Assembly (NCBI GenBank): GCA_951406725.2
Contig: OX597824.1
Location: forward strand, 49,910,001 to 49,974,000
Length of the DNA stretch: 64,000 bases
Origin: Octopus vulgaris
Taxonomy: Eukaryota
Reading direction: 5' to 3'
Shown: positions 52,550 to 64,000 of the stretch, piece by piece
How positions within the stretch are numbered: position 1 is the first letter of the stretch
Layout of the letters: every line of letters begins with the position of its first letter
Made by a program: the position numbers and the translations under genes
The notes under the pieces: model-generated
What the model was told of the DNA's origin: nothing
Databases searched by the model: none
The model's input: the letters and a program-made list of their open reading frames with translations, nothing else

Positions 52550-55500
52550 ATGAACCAATATTTGAAGACTACACGTTTAATGAAGAACATAGAGTGTCTA
52601 TGATAAAAATGAAGCAGAAAATCCTGAATAAGCTTGCTATTGTAAGACACGCCAATATGCATGATAGAGAATCACTTCATGAACTTTCAAATACAATCCA
52701 AAAAAGAAAAATTAAAATTCTTGTACGAAAAGAAATTATACAAGAACTAAAACCAGATCTCACTGAATTAAACAAAATTATTTACACAACTGCTAAGACA
52801 ATTGAAACCAGTTATATACCTTTGAAAAATCAAAGAAATACAAACCTGAGAAGAATTCCAACTGGAAAAATAAAATTGAAAACGAGATTGAAATAATGAG
52901 AAGTGAAATATCAATATTGAATGAACTGATCTGTGGAAACCAGAGTAGGAATAAAGATGAAGAGAAAACATAGATTCTCACCAAGAGCAAAACTGCTTTC
53001 AATAAAAGAAATACTGCAACAAAAAGTTCAAGCAAAAGCTCAAAGAATACGAAGATTTGAGAAGAGAAACAAGTTTTACAAGCAAAATAAAATGTTCATA
53101 TCCAATGTGAAAACATACAAGAGAGAAATAGGGAAGGAGATAATAAACATTAAGGACCTCACTACCATAGAACTTTTGGAAAAATATCTGGAGTGACGAA
53201 AAGACTCACAATGGAAATGCAAACTGGATTATAGACACAGAAGGATCCAACCAAAACTTACCAGAACAAGCATGGGAAGACATCACAATGGGAGACCTAA
53301 GGATGACATTCATAAAGGCTCATAAATGTAAATCCCCTGGTGATGATAGGGTGCCAAATTTTCTAGCTCGCATCGCTCCCGTGCGCACATGAAAATTTAT
53401 CCAGTTATTCAATGAAATTATGAGAGATCATACGAAAATATCTGATTGGTTAGCAAGCGGTATTACTTACCTACTCCCGAAGAATAATGAAACCAAATTT
53501 TCCCCAAACTATCGGCCCATAACGTGTCTATCTACCACGTATAAAATGTTAACATTCATTCTCGTGGAGAAAACACAAATTTATGGAACAGAACGATATT
53601 TTCCCCCACTGATCAAAAAGGGTGCCGACGAGGCTCACATGGACGCAAAGACCAACTCTTAATCAATCGTTTGATCCTTGAGATCTGTCATAACAAAAGC
53701 AGAAATTTCAGTTCCGCATGGATTGATTATAAAAAGGCCTTTGACAGCATACCGCATTCATGGATCATGAAATCGCTGGATATCTTCAAAATTTCTCCTG
53801 CGATTTCACACTTCCTGTAGCACAAAATGTCAGTGTGAAATACGAATCTCCAATTATACCACTCTAATGGAGTACTGACCACAAAAAAATATTAATATCA
53901 ACTGCGGCATTTTCCAAGGTGATTCACTTACATCTTTAATTTTTTGCATAGCCCTAAGACCCCTTACAAGTGAGTTTAACAGAACGGTATGGATATAAAA
54001 TTGGTGACAAGAAAATAAGTCATCTATTTTATATGGATGACTTAAAACTCTATGGCAAAAACGATAATGAGCTTGAAGGACTATCACGCACAGTGAAAGC
54101 ATTCAGTGATGACATCGGGATGGAATTAATAAATGTACCAAGGCCACTTTCCAGAAAGGGAAATTGAAGACCTCACATTCAGTGGTGTTGGATGTTGACC
54201 CAGTCATAAAAAAAACTCGAGCAGGAACAAACTTACAAATACTTCGGAATAATTGAGGGCTCTGGCTTTCGGTATGCAAACATGAAAGAGTTCAGAAAGG
54301 AATGTTAAAGGACAGTCCGAGCAGTCCTAAAATCCAAGTTAAATGCACGTAACAAGGTGTTAGATATAAATTCCGGTCGTTATTTATAGTTTCAATGTGT
54401 TGAACGGAATTTGAACGAAATAAGGAAGATTGAAAGGAAAATCCGTAAGCTGCTGACTTACAATAAGATGCATCACCCAAAGGCAGGTGCAGATCGTCTT
54501 CACATACTCAGAGCTCAAGGAGGTCGAGGCTTGATCTAATTTGAAATCTACAAAACCACCACAACTGGATTGGCAAAATATCCTGAAACATTTTACGACT
54601 GGATGCTAAAGCTTGTTGAAAACCACGAAAGACGTAAGAAGCTTCATTCTGTTATGAAGGAGAGCAAAAAATTTTCTAGTGAGTTTATACATGATATCCA
54701 GGTTGAACAGCATGATGGTAGTGCGGCAACTGTAGTTGCAAAGAAGTTGAAATGAATAGCAAAGCAAAATGCGTTTGAGCAATTGGCTGATAGGTGGGAA
54801 CAAAAACCTCTGCATGGCAAATATGTGGTCCGTAGCAAACAAGCTGATGTAGACCAGAAGCACACCCATCAGTAACAACGGAGCTCAGAGCTAAAGGCAG
54901 CGAGTGAAGGCTTTATATTGGCTGCTCAAGACCAGAGCTTATAGACTCGAAACTATGAAGCCAATGTGATAAAAAATGGTGTAGATCCAAAGTGTTGATA
55001 CTGCAACGATGGGATTGTAAGGTTTTCGCACCTGTAGAATACAAATCAAGACATGACAGAGTTGGATAATGTCTACACTAGATAATATATCCGCATTATA
55101 AACTCAAAACCACTGACAAATAGTACAAACGTCACCCTGGGGCTGTAACTAAGGAAGAAAATGTAACGATTCTTTGGGACTTTCCAGTATGGCAAATAAA
55201 CGAGATATTGATGTAACAGACCAGAACAATAAAGTCTGTTTATTGATTGACATGAGCATATCCTGTGAATATAACATCTCGGCGAAAGAATTTGATAAGC
55301 TCAGAAAATATAAAGATTTGTTAATGGAAATTAAAAAGATGTGGCATCTCAAGACGGTTACAATACCAGTGATTGCAGAAGCACTTGGAATGATCAAAAC
55401 AGGAACTGAAAATTACATAAGAATAATTCCTAGCTTACCATCCATGCAGGAAGTGCAAAAGATTGTTTTAACTGGTACGTATTGAGAAGAGCATTGTTGC

Positions 55501-55724
55501 TGTGAATTTTCCTTCCCTTTTCCCCCTTCATTTTCTTTGCTTACGTTATCTTTGATTTTTCCTTTTTTCTCTGCCTTTCTTCCCCTTTTTCCCTATTACA
55601 TGACTTTGTAAATAAATAAATCTGGTGTTTATATTAATGGCCTACCAATATATACGCTGCGTTTCTCTGTCCTAGGTTTCTGGGAGACACTCGGCAAGAA
55701 ATGGAAAGAGAATTGAAAAATGAA

Positions 55725-55725
<1 letters not shown>
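52550..55725 (+). mobile_element. Degenerate R4/Dong-type LINE, about 3.2 kb
   Basis: AQRIRRFEKR, NYRPITCL, AWIDYKKAFDSIPH, CGIFQGDSL, HLFYMDDLKLY, KPLHGKY, LIDMSI..KYKDL..IP; 3' end followed by (AAT)n. Confidence 0.9.
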
Positions 55726-55756
<31 letters not shown>

Positions 55757-55767
55757 TATAAATAATG

Positions 55768-56158
55768 CAAGCTGCCAGAAACGTTAGCACGTTGGGAGAA
55801 ATGCTTAGCGGTATTTTGTCTGCCGTTACGTTCTGAGTTCAAATTCCACCGAGGTCAACTTTGCCTTTCATCCTTTCGGGGTCGATTAATTAAGTACCAG
55901 TTACGCACTGGGGTCGATGTAATCGGCTTAATCCGTTTGTCTGTCCTTGTTTGCCCTCTCTGTGTGTTAACCCCTTGTGGGTAGTAAAGAAATAGGTATT
56001 TCGCCTGTCTTTACGTTCTAAATTCAAATTCCGCCGAGGTCGACTTTGCCATTCAGCCTTGCGGGGTCGATAAATTAAATACCAGTTACGTACTGAGATC
56101 GATCTAATCGACTGGCCTCCCTCCCCAAACATTTTGTGCCTTGTGCCTAGAGTAGAAA
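55768..56158 (+). mobile_element. SINE family B, dimeric form
   Basis: Head plus duplicated core; (AAT)n on both sides. Confidence 0.85.
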
Positions 56159-56173
56159 ATAATAATAACAAAT

Positions 56174-56256
<83 letters not shown>

Positions 56257-56267
56257 CGATAATGATG

Positions 56268-56304
<37 letters not shown>

Positions 56305-56325
56305 TAATAATAATAATAATAATAA

Positions 56326-57181
56326 GAAAAGCCCCTTCATGGTAAATACTGCACTAAACAAAACGCAAAAGAAATAGACAAAGAAAAATCCCAGCAATGG
56401 TTGAGAAGCTCAGGACTCAAAGCAGAAACAGAGGGATTTTTAATTGCAGCACAAGACCAAAGCCTCCCCACCAGAAATTACCAAAAACATGTAATGAAAA
56501 GAAATATTATAAGTAACTGCAGAATATGTGGAGATGGACAAGAAACAATAAATCATATTATCTCTAGCTGCCCAGTCCTGGCTAAGAAGGAATATATTCA
56601 CAGACATGACAGAGTTGGAACCTACATACACTGGAAGCTATGCCAACATTATGGAATAACAACAGAAAAAAGATGGTATAGGCACACACCAGAAAAGGTT
56701 ACAGAAAACGAGAAAGCAACAATACTCTGGGATATGCCGATACACACAGATAGAGAAATTAAGGCCAACAGACCAGATATAGTTGTCAGAGATCATGAAG
56801 AAAAAAAATGCTTTCTAATTGATGTATCAATACCGGCAGATGACAACGTGTCTCTAAAAGAAATGGAGAAACTCTCAAAATACAAAGACCTGGAAATAGA
56901 GGTAACTAGAATGTGGAATCTGAAAACAGAAACAATTCCTATCATAGTAGGTGCATTAGGCATGATAAAAAAATATTCAGACAAATACATAACAAAAACA
57001 CCAGGACTTACAAACACATATATCATACAGAAAATTGCACTACTAGGCACTGCACACATCCTACGCAGAGCACTTTCCATACAATAACCATCAGAGCATC
57101 ACAACAAATCACAGCACATACCCAAGGCACACAGAGCTGCGCTCGGTAGTGAAGTGAAAGCACGCTATAAAAATAAAACTA

Positions 57182-57185
<4 letters not shown>
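56326..57185 (+). mobile_element. Young 5'-truncated R4/Dong LINE inserted in (TAA)n
   Basis: Uninterrupted frame to 57087, a short 3' UTR, and (AAT)n on both sides. Confidence 0.92.
56401..57087 (+). CDS. C-terminal CCHC knuckle plus restriction-like endonuclease of an R4/Dong ORF (truncated, unlikely to be expressed alone)
   Basis: CRICGDGQETINHIISSC, RHD, RPDIVV..IDVSIP..K..KY.DL, PIIVGALG. Confidence 0.85.
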   Translation: MRSSGLKAETEGFLIAAQDQSLPTRNYQKHVMKRNIISNCRICGDGQETINHIISSCPVLAKKEYIHRHDRVGTYIHWKLCQHYGITTEKRWYRHTPEKVTENEKATILWDMPIHTDREIKANRPDIVVRDHEEKKCFLIDVSIPADDNVSLKEMEKLSKYKDLEIEVTRMWNLKTETIPIIVGALGMIKKYSDKYITKTPGLTNTYIIQKIALLGTAHILRRALSIQ

Positions 57186-57226
<41 letters not shown>

Positions 57227-57227
<1 letters not shown>

Positions 57228-57683
57228 GGCCAGGGCAAATATTCTGCTTAATACTACACTTTTGCTTGTCAGTTGTTTGACCATAACCAGCTAAGCATGT
57301 CTCTTAGAGGTTGATGATATGTGCATCACTGATCAAGAGCAGAAGTAGTGGGGCAGTATTACAGCCATGTGTTGAGAGTAATTCTTTGGGGTTTGGATAA
57401 TTCACCTCTGGAAAAATGGGTATTTTGTTCATTATCCTTAAAAAAAACTTTATTCAGGCACCTTTTGAGTAGGATGGGCTACTCGACATGAAGAAAATTC
57501 AAACTGGACCCCACCTGCAAGGTCATGCGCTGTTTATCTTGATGTAAAATCACCATGTCACGCACATATGGTTGTGATGCATGTGTTGGTGTACTCTTAT
57601 CAGACGAGCAGTCATGATGGGTATATTGGGCTTCGTATATTTGTACCCCAGTGTCTCTTTGACGGCATGCACTGCTCTCTCGC
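57227..57683. mobile_element. Unclassified non-coding interspersed element between (TAA)n tracts
   Basis: A block of about 460 bp of complex sequence with no ORF, bounded by TAA repeats. Confidence 0.4.
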
Positions 57684-57721
57684 ATAATAATAATAATAAT
57701 AATAATCATAATAATAATAAC

Positions 57722-57795
<74 letters not shown>

Positions 57796-57805
57796 CTACA
57801 ATAAC

Positions 57806-57840
<35 letters not shown>

Positions 57841-58268
57841 CGACGACGACGACGACGACAGCATATTCTGACATAGGCACAGACACAACTTTGCGGGGAG
57901 GCGAATGCCAGTTATATTTCGACCGCAATACGTGACTGGTATTTAATTTAATAGACTCCAGAAGGATGAAAGGTAAATTTTTAATTATAAAAATACTGTA
58001 GCATTTTTGTATATACGCCAAATGTCTATGGTTGTCTAGTAGAGTAAAATAGGAATCAATGGGGTCCATAGATAAAGAAAAAAAAAACGGTTGAGAACCA
58101 CGATATGGAACACACAATCAATCGACAATTAATGTATATGCGCATGCGTGCATGTATGTATGTAGTTATACTGGTATGTACGTATGAGGCTGTAAGTGTG
58201 CGTGTGTCGTCTGCATGCCTGCGTTTATGTGCATGCGTGAGTGTGTATGTACATGTGTGTGTAGGTAC

Positions 58269-58299
<31 letters not shown>

Positions 58300-59157
58300 T
58301 ATGAGAAGAATTGCGATGTTGATGTGTAGGCTGTGACTGTAGTTGTGGCCGTGGTTCCTGTCGATGTACTGGTGATACATGAGGGTTGTTGCCGATGTGT
58401 TGTTCTCATTGTTGCTGCAGTCATGACTGATACGTGTTGAAGTGATAACTATTGCCGAGATGGTAACACTTGTTGATAGTGATGGTTGTGATGATGATGG
58501 TGATGATGATGAAGAATATGGTGATGATGATGGTAGTGGTGGTGTTGGTGATGGTGGTGATAGTTGTGATGTTGGTAATAATTGCGATGATGGTGATAAT
58601 AGTAATGGCGACGTCGTTGTCGGCAATGACGACAATAAAGCTGATACTAGTGAAGGCAGTGGAGACGATGACAACGACGACGGTGGTGATGACGACGGCG
58701 CTGGTACTTGCGGTAACCGCTGTTATGACGTGGTTGTGTTTCTACAGTTGTTCAAACAGCAGTGAAGGTGACGACGATGGCTATGACGATGATGATGATG
58801 TTGAAGATGGTGATATCAAGGGTGGTAGTGGCGATATATTGGAAGTGATGATAATGATGAGATAGTGGAAACGAAATCAGTCAAATTGAAAGTGTCAAGG
58901 AGTAAAGATGAAAGACAAAAATAAATGGCAATTGTAGTGGCGATAGTGGTTGTGGTGGTTCTTAGAATAGTGTTTGTAATGTGATAATGACGATGTAGTG
59001 AAAGTCGAGCTGGTGATGTATACTTGATATGAGGGAAATATAAGTATACACACACACACACACACATGCCTGTATGTAAACAAGGTATTAATGGAGGACT
59101 TATGTTCATGCATAGCATACATATACCCTCTTTCACACACATTAATGTGAAGTCACA

Positions 59158-59214
<57 letters not shown>

Positions 59215-59279
59215 GTGTGTGTGTGTGTGTATATATATGTGTGTGTGTATATATATATGTATATATATGTGTGTATATG

Positions 59280-59327
<48 letters not shown>

Positions 59328-59337
59328 TATATAAAAT

Positions 59338-59697
59338 GAATTTCGAACTTGTCTTCGAATAAAGATATTTTCGACGCAACGGCTCCTGCTTACAATGAGG
59401 CGCTAGCGGCCAGCGGGTTCAAAGACCATATAGTATATACATCAGGAACGAGCAACCATAAAAGGAAACGCCACTGAAAGACTTTATGGTCCGGACATGC
59501 GTAGGTAAGATTTTTCTTAGGTTGATGGATAAGCATTTCACGTGATCACACAAATATAGAAAGATCTTTAACAGACATAATTTAAGGATCTCTTTCAGTT
59601 GCGTACCCAATGTTAAGAAAAAGATACTTAGCAGTCCAAAACCATGGACAGAGGCAGGTTGTTCATGCAGGATCAGAAATGAATGCCTAGTACAGGA
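59338..59697 (+). mobile_element. Degenerate PLE thumb/linker fragment
   Basis: [28 protein letters not shown]; VGKIFLRLMDKHF..KIFNRHNLRISFSCVPN; CSCR..C. Confidence 0.8.
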
Positions 59698-59797
59698 GGA
59701 TAAGTTAATTATGATTTTATTCAACATATTCCTCTCTCAGATTCATGTACTTATTGCAGTGGCCCTTCAGTTTTTCAAAGCCTGTAAAAGATCTCGG
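59698..59797 (-). mobile_element. Mariner transposase C-terminal remnant
   Basis: FTGFEKLKGHCNKYMNLREEYVE* resembles the mariner G..KL..R..KC....G.YVE terminus. Confidence 0.6.
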
Positions 59798-60336
59798 TAG
59801 GTAGGTAGGTAGGTAGGTAGAGTGAGGGAGAGAGAGAGCGAGAGAGCGAGAGAGAGAGAGTGAGAGAGTGAGAGAGAGAAAGAGAGAGAGAGAGAAAGAT
59901 AGATATATACATACATTCATACTTATAAATGCATGCGTACACACACGTGTGTGTATGTGTCTGAATTTGTATAAACTCTTTCACTTACTCTTCTTACGTG
60001 TTGAGAGATTCCCAGATTACAGATAAAGACTTCACTTAGTAGTGATGCCACCCCAATTGACGACACTAAGGTTAAACACACATCTTGAGGTTACACTACG
60101 AGTCCCGAAGCAACGGTTAAATGATTCACAGGATTATGAGACCCACAGCGAGATAAATATGGAAGTAGGGTGCTTTATAGTGATGATAGGCTGTAGTTTT
60201 GTTGGAGTCTGGTTGGTGACCCTATGTGCGCGAGAATGAGCGAATATGCCAGAACGACAGAGAAAGGAGGATGGGGAGTGGGAGGGAAGAGAGGAAGAGA
60301 AGGGACTGAGAGAGTGAGAAAGAGAGAGAGGAAGAA

Positions 60337-60367
<31 letters not shown>

Positions 60368-60538
60368 TGGACAAAGGAAAAAGGGGAAACAAGAATAAAT
60401 ATAAAATGTGAAAAGAAAGGAAAAAGAGAAAAAGGATAAAAGGAAGCTGGAAAGATAGCTATATAGACATCAATATATAAATTTCTTTCTTTCTTTCTTT
60501 CCCCATCTCTCTATATATATTTACGTGTGCACACATAC

Positions 60539-60584
<46 letters not shown>

Positions 60585-60948
60585 GTATATCTAAGTATGT
60601 ATATATATATAGATATATGTACATATATATACATATATACACTCACACTCACATATATGCGTATGTGTATCTACGAGTATCAAACTATTACACTTGCTTG
60701 TTGTTCATATATCTGTGCTCGTCTTCCGTTTTTCTGTAAATTTCAACTATATATATTGTTCGAAGGTTTTTAATGGACGCAGATTCGTGTGTCAAATAGC
60801 TAGCTTGAGGCGGTGGCCTCATGGAGCTAACCAGCGACAGCTTTAGTCTTATATTTATAAGACTGCCATATTAGTATGGCGATAACTATTAATTTCCAGT
60901 AACGCTGCCGTAATCTCCTTTAGAGAGACTTAGTAATTTTAATATTTC

Positions 60949-60991
<43 letters not shown>

Positions 60992-61136
60992 TATATATAT
61001 ATGTATGCATGTATGTATGTATGTATGTATAGATGTATGTATGTATGTAAGTAGGTAGGTAGAAAGAGGGAGAGAGAGAGAGAGCGAGAGAGCGAGAGAG
61101 CGAGAGAGCGAGTGAGAGAGTGAGAGAGTGAGAGAG

Positions 61137-61167
<31 letters not shown>

Positions 61168-61432
61168 AAGATAGATATATACATACATTCATACATATAT
61201 ATATATACGTAAGGTAAGAATAGTCGAATGGTTAGGAAGTTCGGTTCGCAACGAAGTCCTGGGTTCAATATCACGGAAACTGTACAGAAGCCTGTCGAAT
61301 AGATTGTATATAAATTAAAACGTTACCCCTCTGTCACACACAGAATTTACCCTGAAACTGTCTAAGAATTGTGTTAAAGGAGATTCTGCCGATCGAATAA
61401 CTGAAACTTCATCGCCAAACGACAAACCACCG

Positions 61433-61468
<36 letters not shown>

Positions 61469-61610
61469 ATACACATACACACATACATACACACACATAC
61501 ACACACATACACACACAGAAACACATGCACACAGACTGACAGACAAGTACACATACATGCACACACAAGCAGGCACACACATGTTCATACATAAATATGT
61601 ACACAGAGAA

Positions 61611-61651
<41 letters not shown>

Positions 61652-62278
61652 ATATTAAGAATTACTTAAAAAGATAACAAAATAGAGAGATGTAAACTTG
61701 CGTGGATGAGGAAAACATACACACACACATACGTGCTCACACACAAATACATACACACACACACACATGTAGAAAGAGAGTGAAAAGAGAGAGAGAAAGA
61801 GAGAAAGAGAGAGAAAGTAAGAGAGAACGAGAAAGAGAGTAAGAAATTAAAAAGGACTTAATAAAAGGATAACTAGAAAATATAGCGAAATATCAGATTG
61901 TGTGAAAGAGTAAAAGGCACACACACATACACACACACGCTCACACACGAACACGCACATACACATATGTGAGTGTATACAGAGATCCGATTGTTGTTGA
62001 AATCAAAGATGCAAACAACGGTAAAAGGTTGCAGCGCTCTTTTACGCTTATTGGGCCTTGACAAATTACTGTAGCGTCTCTCAAAGATTCCCTCATGTAA
62101 ATTTTTCAAGCGGAATAATGAAGAATTTCGATGCTTCTTCGCCATCTTATTGGTCGTTTCCAACAACATGTTCTTTCAAGTTGGTGAGATATCATCCCGT
62201 TTTGGCATCAGCCACTTCATTCGTTCCTTGCCTTTTCGAATTTGCCTTTAATGGTAAGATTTTTCACCTTTTAATATG

Positions 62279-62317
<39 letters not shown>

Positions 62318-62602
62318 GTATATGCACGCGCACACGTACACATATATACTAGATAGTAAGAACCATAAGTTACTTTTTTCTTTCTTCTTCATCACCATCT
62401 ACTACTACTACTACAACTCAACAGTAATAAGAATAACAACTAACGTATAACAAGAGAGAAAGACGGAAATAAAGTGAAAAGGAAAAAGGAGAGAGAGAGA
62501 AAGAGAGACAGAGAGAGAGAGAGAGAGAGGCAGATTAGAGGAATATTTGATTTAGTTTAAGTTAGAAACAGGAATGCAAATGTAAACAAGAACACTTTGT
62601 TA

Positions 62603-62922
<320 letters not shown>

Positions 62923-63436
62923 CTAATACGTATGTGTTAGCATGTATGTGTGTATGAGTGTGAGCGCTCATGTACGTATATGAGTGAAAAATTATATTAT
63001 CGATATGACCACCACCACCACCACCACCACCACCTGCAACAGTAACAACAACAACAACGACATCCATAATAACAAGCATAATTTTTTAACAATTACAAGA
63101 CGGTGCCCACAAGTTGTATTTTTTGTTTGATTTCTGATACGTATATATTTCGTTCTAATCTTCACATTTCATTCAGGCATTCTTATAATCCTTTGAACTT
63201 TTCCTCCTTCGCCTCTTCCTGTTTTCCCCCTTTTCTCTTCCTTCTCCACCTCCTCCTCTTTATATCTGTATAGTTTTGTCCATTTGTAACTAATTGTCAG
63301 TCTGTATCTCATGCTTCCTGTTGTCTGTCTGTCTGTCTCTCCTTTACGTCAGCCTCTGTGTTATTTTCATTTACGCATTATATCAACCATTTTCTCTCTC
63401 TGTCTACAAACACAGGTACATTATAAAGTAATGTAT

Positions 63437-63550
<114 letters not shown>

Positions 63551-64000
63551 GTATATGTTTATATATATATAAACACACAACAATGCATATATACATACAC
63601 ACTTAAATACAGTCACACGTATACATACACACATATACATATATATATATCCATCTTTTTATCTAACTATCTAACACACACACACACACACACATACACA
63701 CACACAGACACAAGTATGATTCCATCTACACATTTATTTGCCGGACTGAGTAAGATTTTTTAAGGAAGACTAGCAGACGGCTATGAATGCAAGTCTCCTC
63801 TCACCTCACCATCAATATTTTATCTAAGGGAAAAGCCTGAATTGAGCCGATACAGCCTGGCAGTAGTGTCGTCGCAAGCCATCTTTTCCGATCCTCTAAC
63901 ACTTCTGTTAACCAACTTCAAATTTCGTGAATTCTTGATGTATAAACACAATGAAAGAGTTACTTAAATTACTTACAAATTTTGATAGAGAACAAAGGCA

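Noticed and set aside
58442-58865. Asp/Gly-rich ORF
   Set aside because: Degenerate (GAT/GGT)n low-complexity DNA, open in several frames.
61960-62260. Unique segment ending in a GTAAG donor-like site
   Set aside because: No clear acceptor or recognisable peptide; cannot support an exon.

Overview
This is repeat-saturated, AT-rich animal DNA with no supportable host protein-coding gene. The SINE families and microsatellite load suggest a coleoid cephalopod, probably Octopus (inference). Most listed ORFs are translations of microsatellites. The real coding remnants are all retro/DNA transposons: Penelope-like elements (PLEs; RT plus C-terminal GIY-YIG, Nematis-like and Neptune-like), R4/Dong-type RLE LINEs sitting in (TAA)n, RTE and Tx1/L1 3' ends, a mariner end and a hAT-type MITE. 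At least three tRNA-derived SINE families are present. The main hidden signal is catalytic RNA. About a dozen type I hammerhead ribozyme motifs lie in PLE pseudo-LTRs, from several unrelated families, with palindromic stem III, sometimes long stem II insertions and recurrent core variants. Two related copies (5763-5824, 9256-9303) carry all three hammerhead strands in a reversed, non-circularly permuted order with a compensatory change in stem I. All folds were done by eye and none has been computed or tested.
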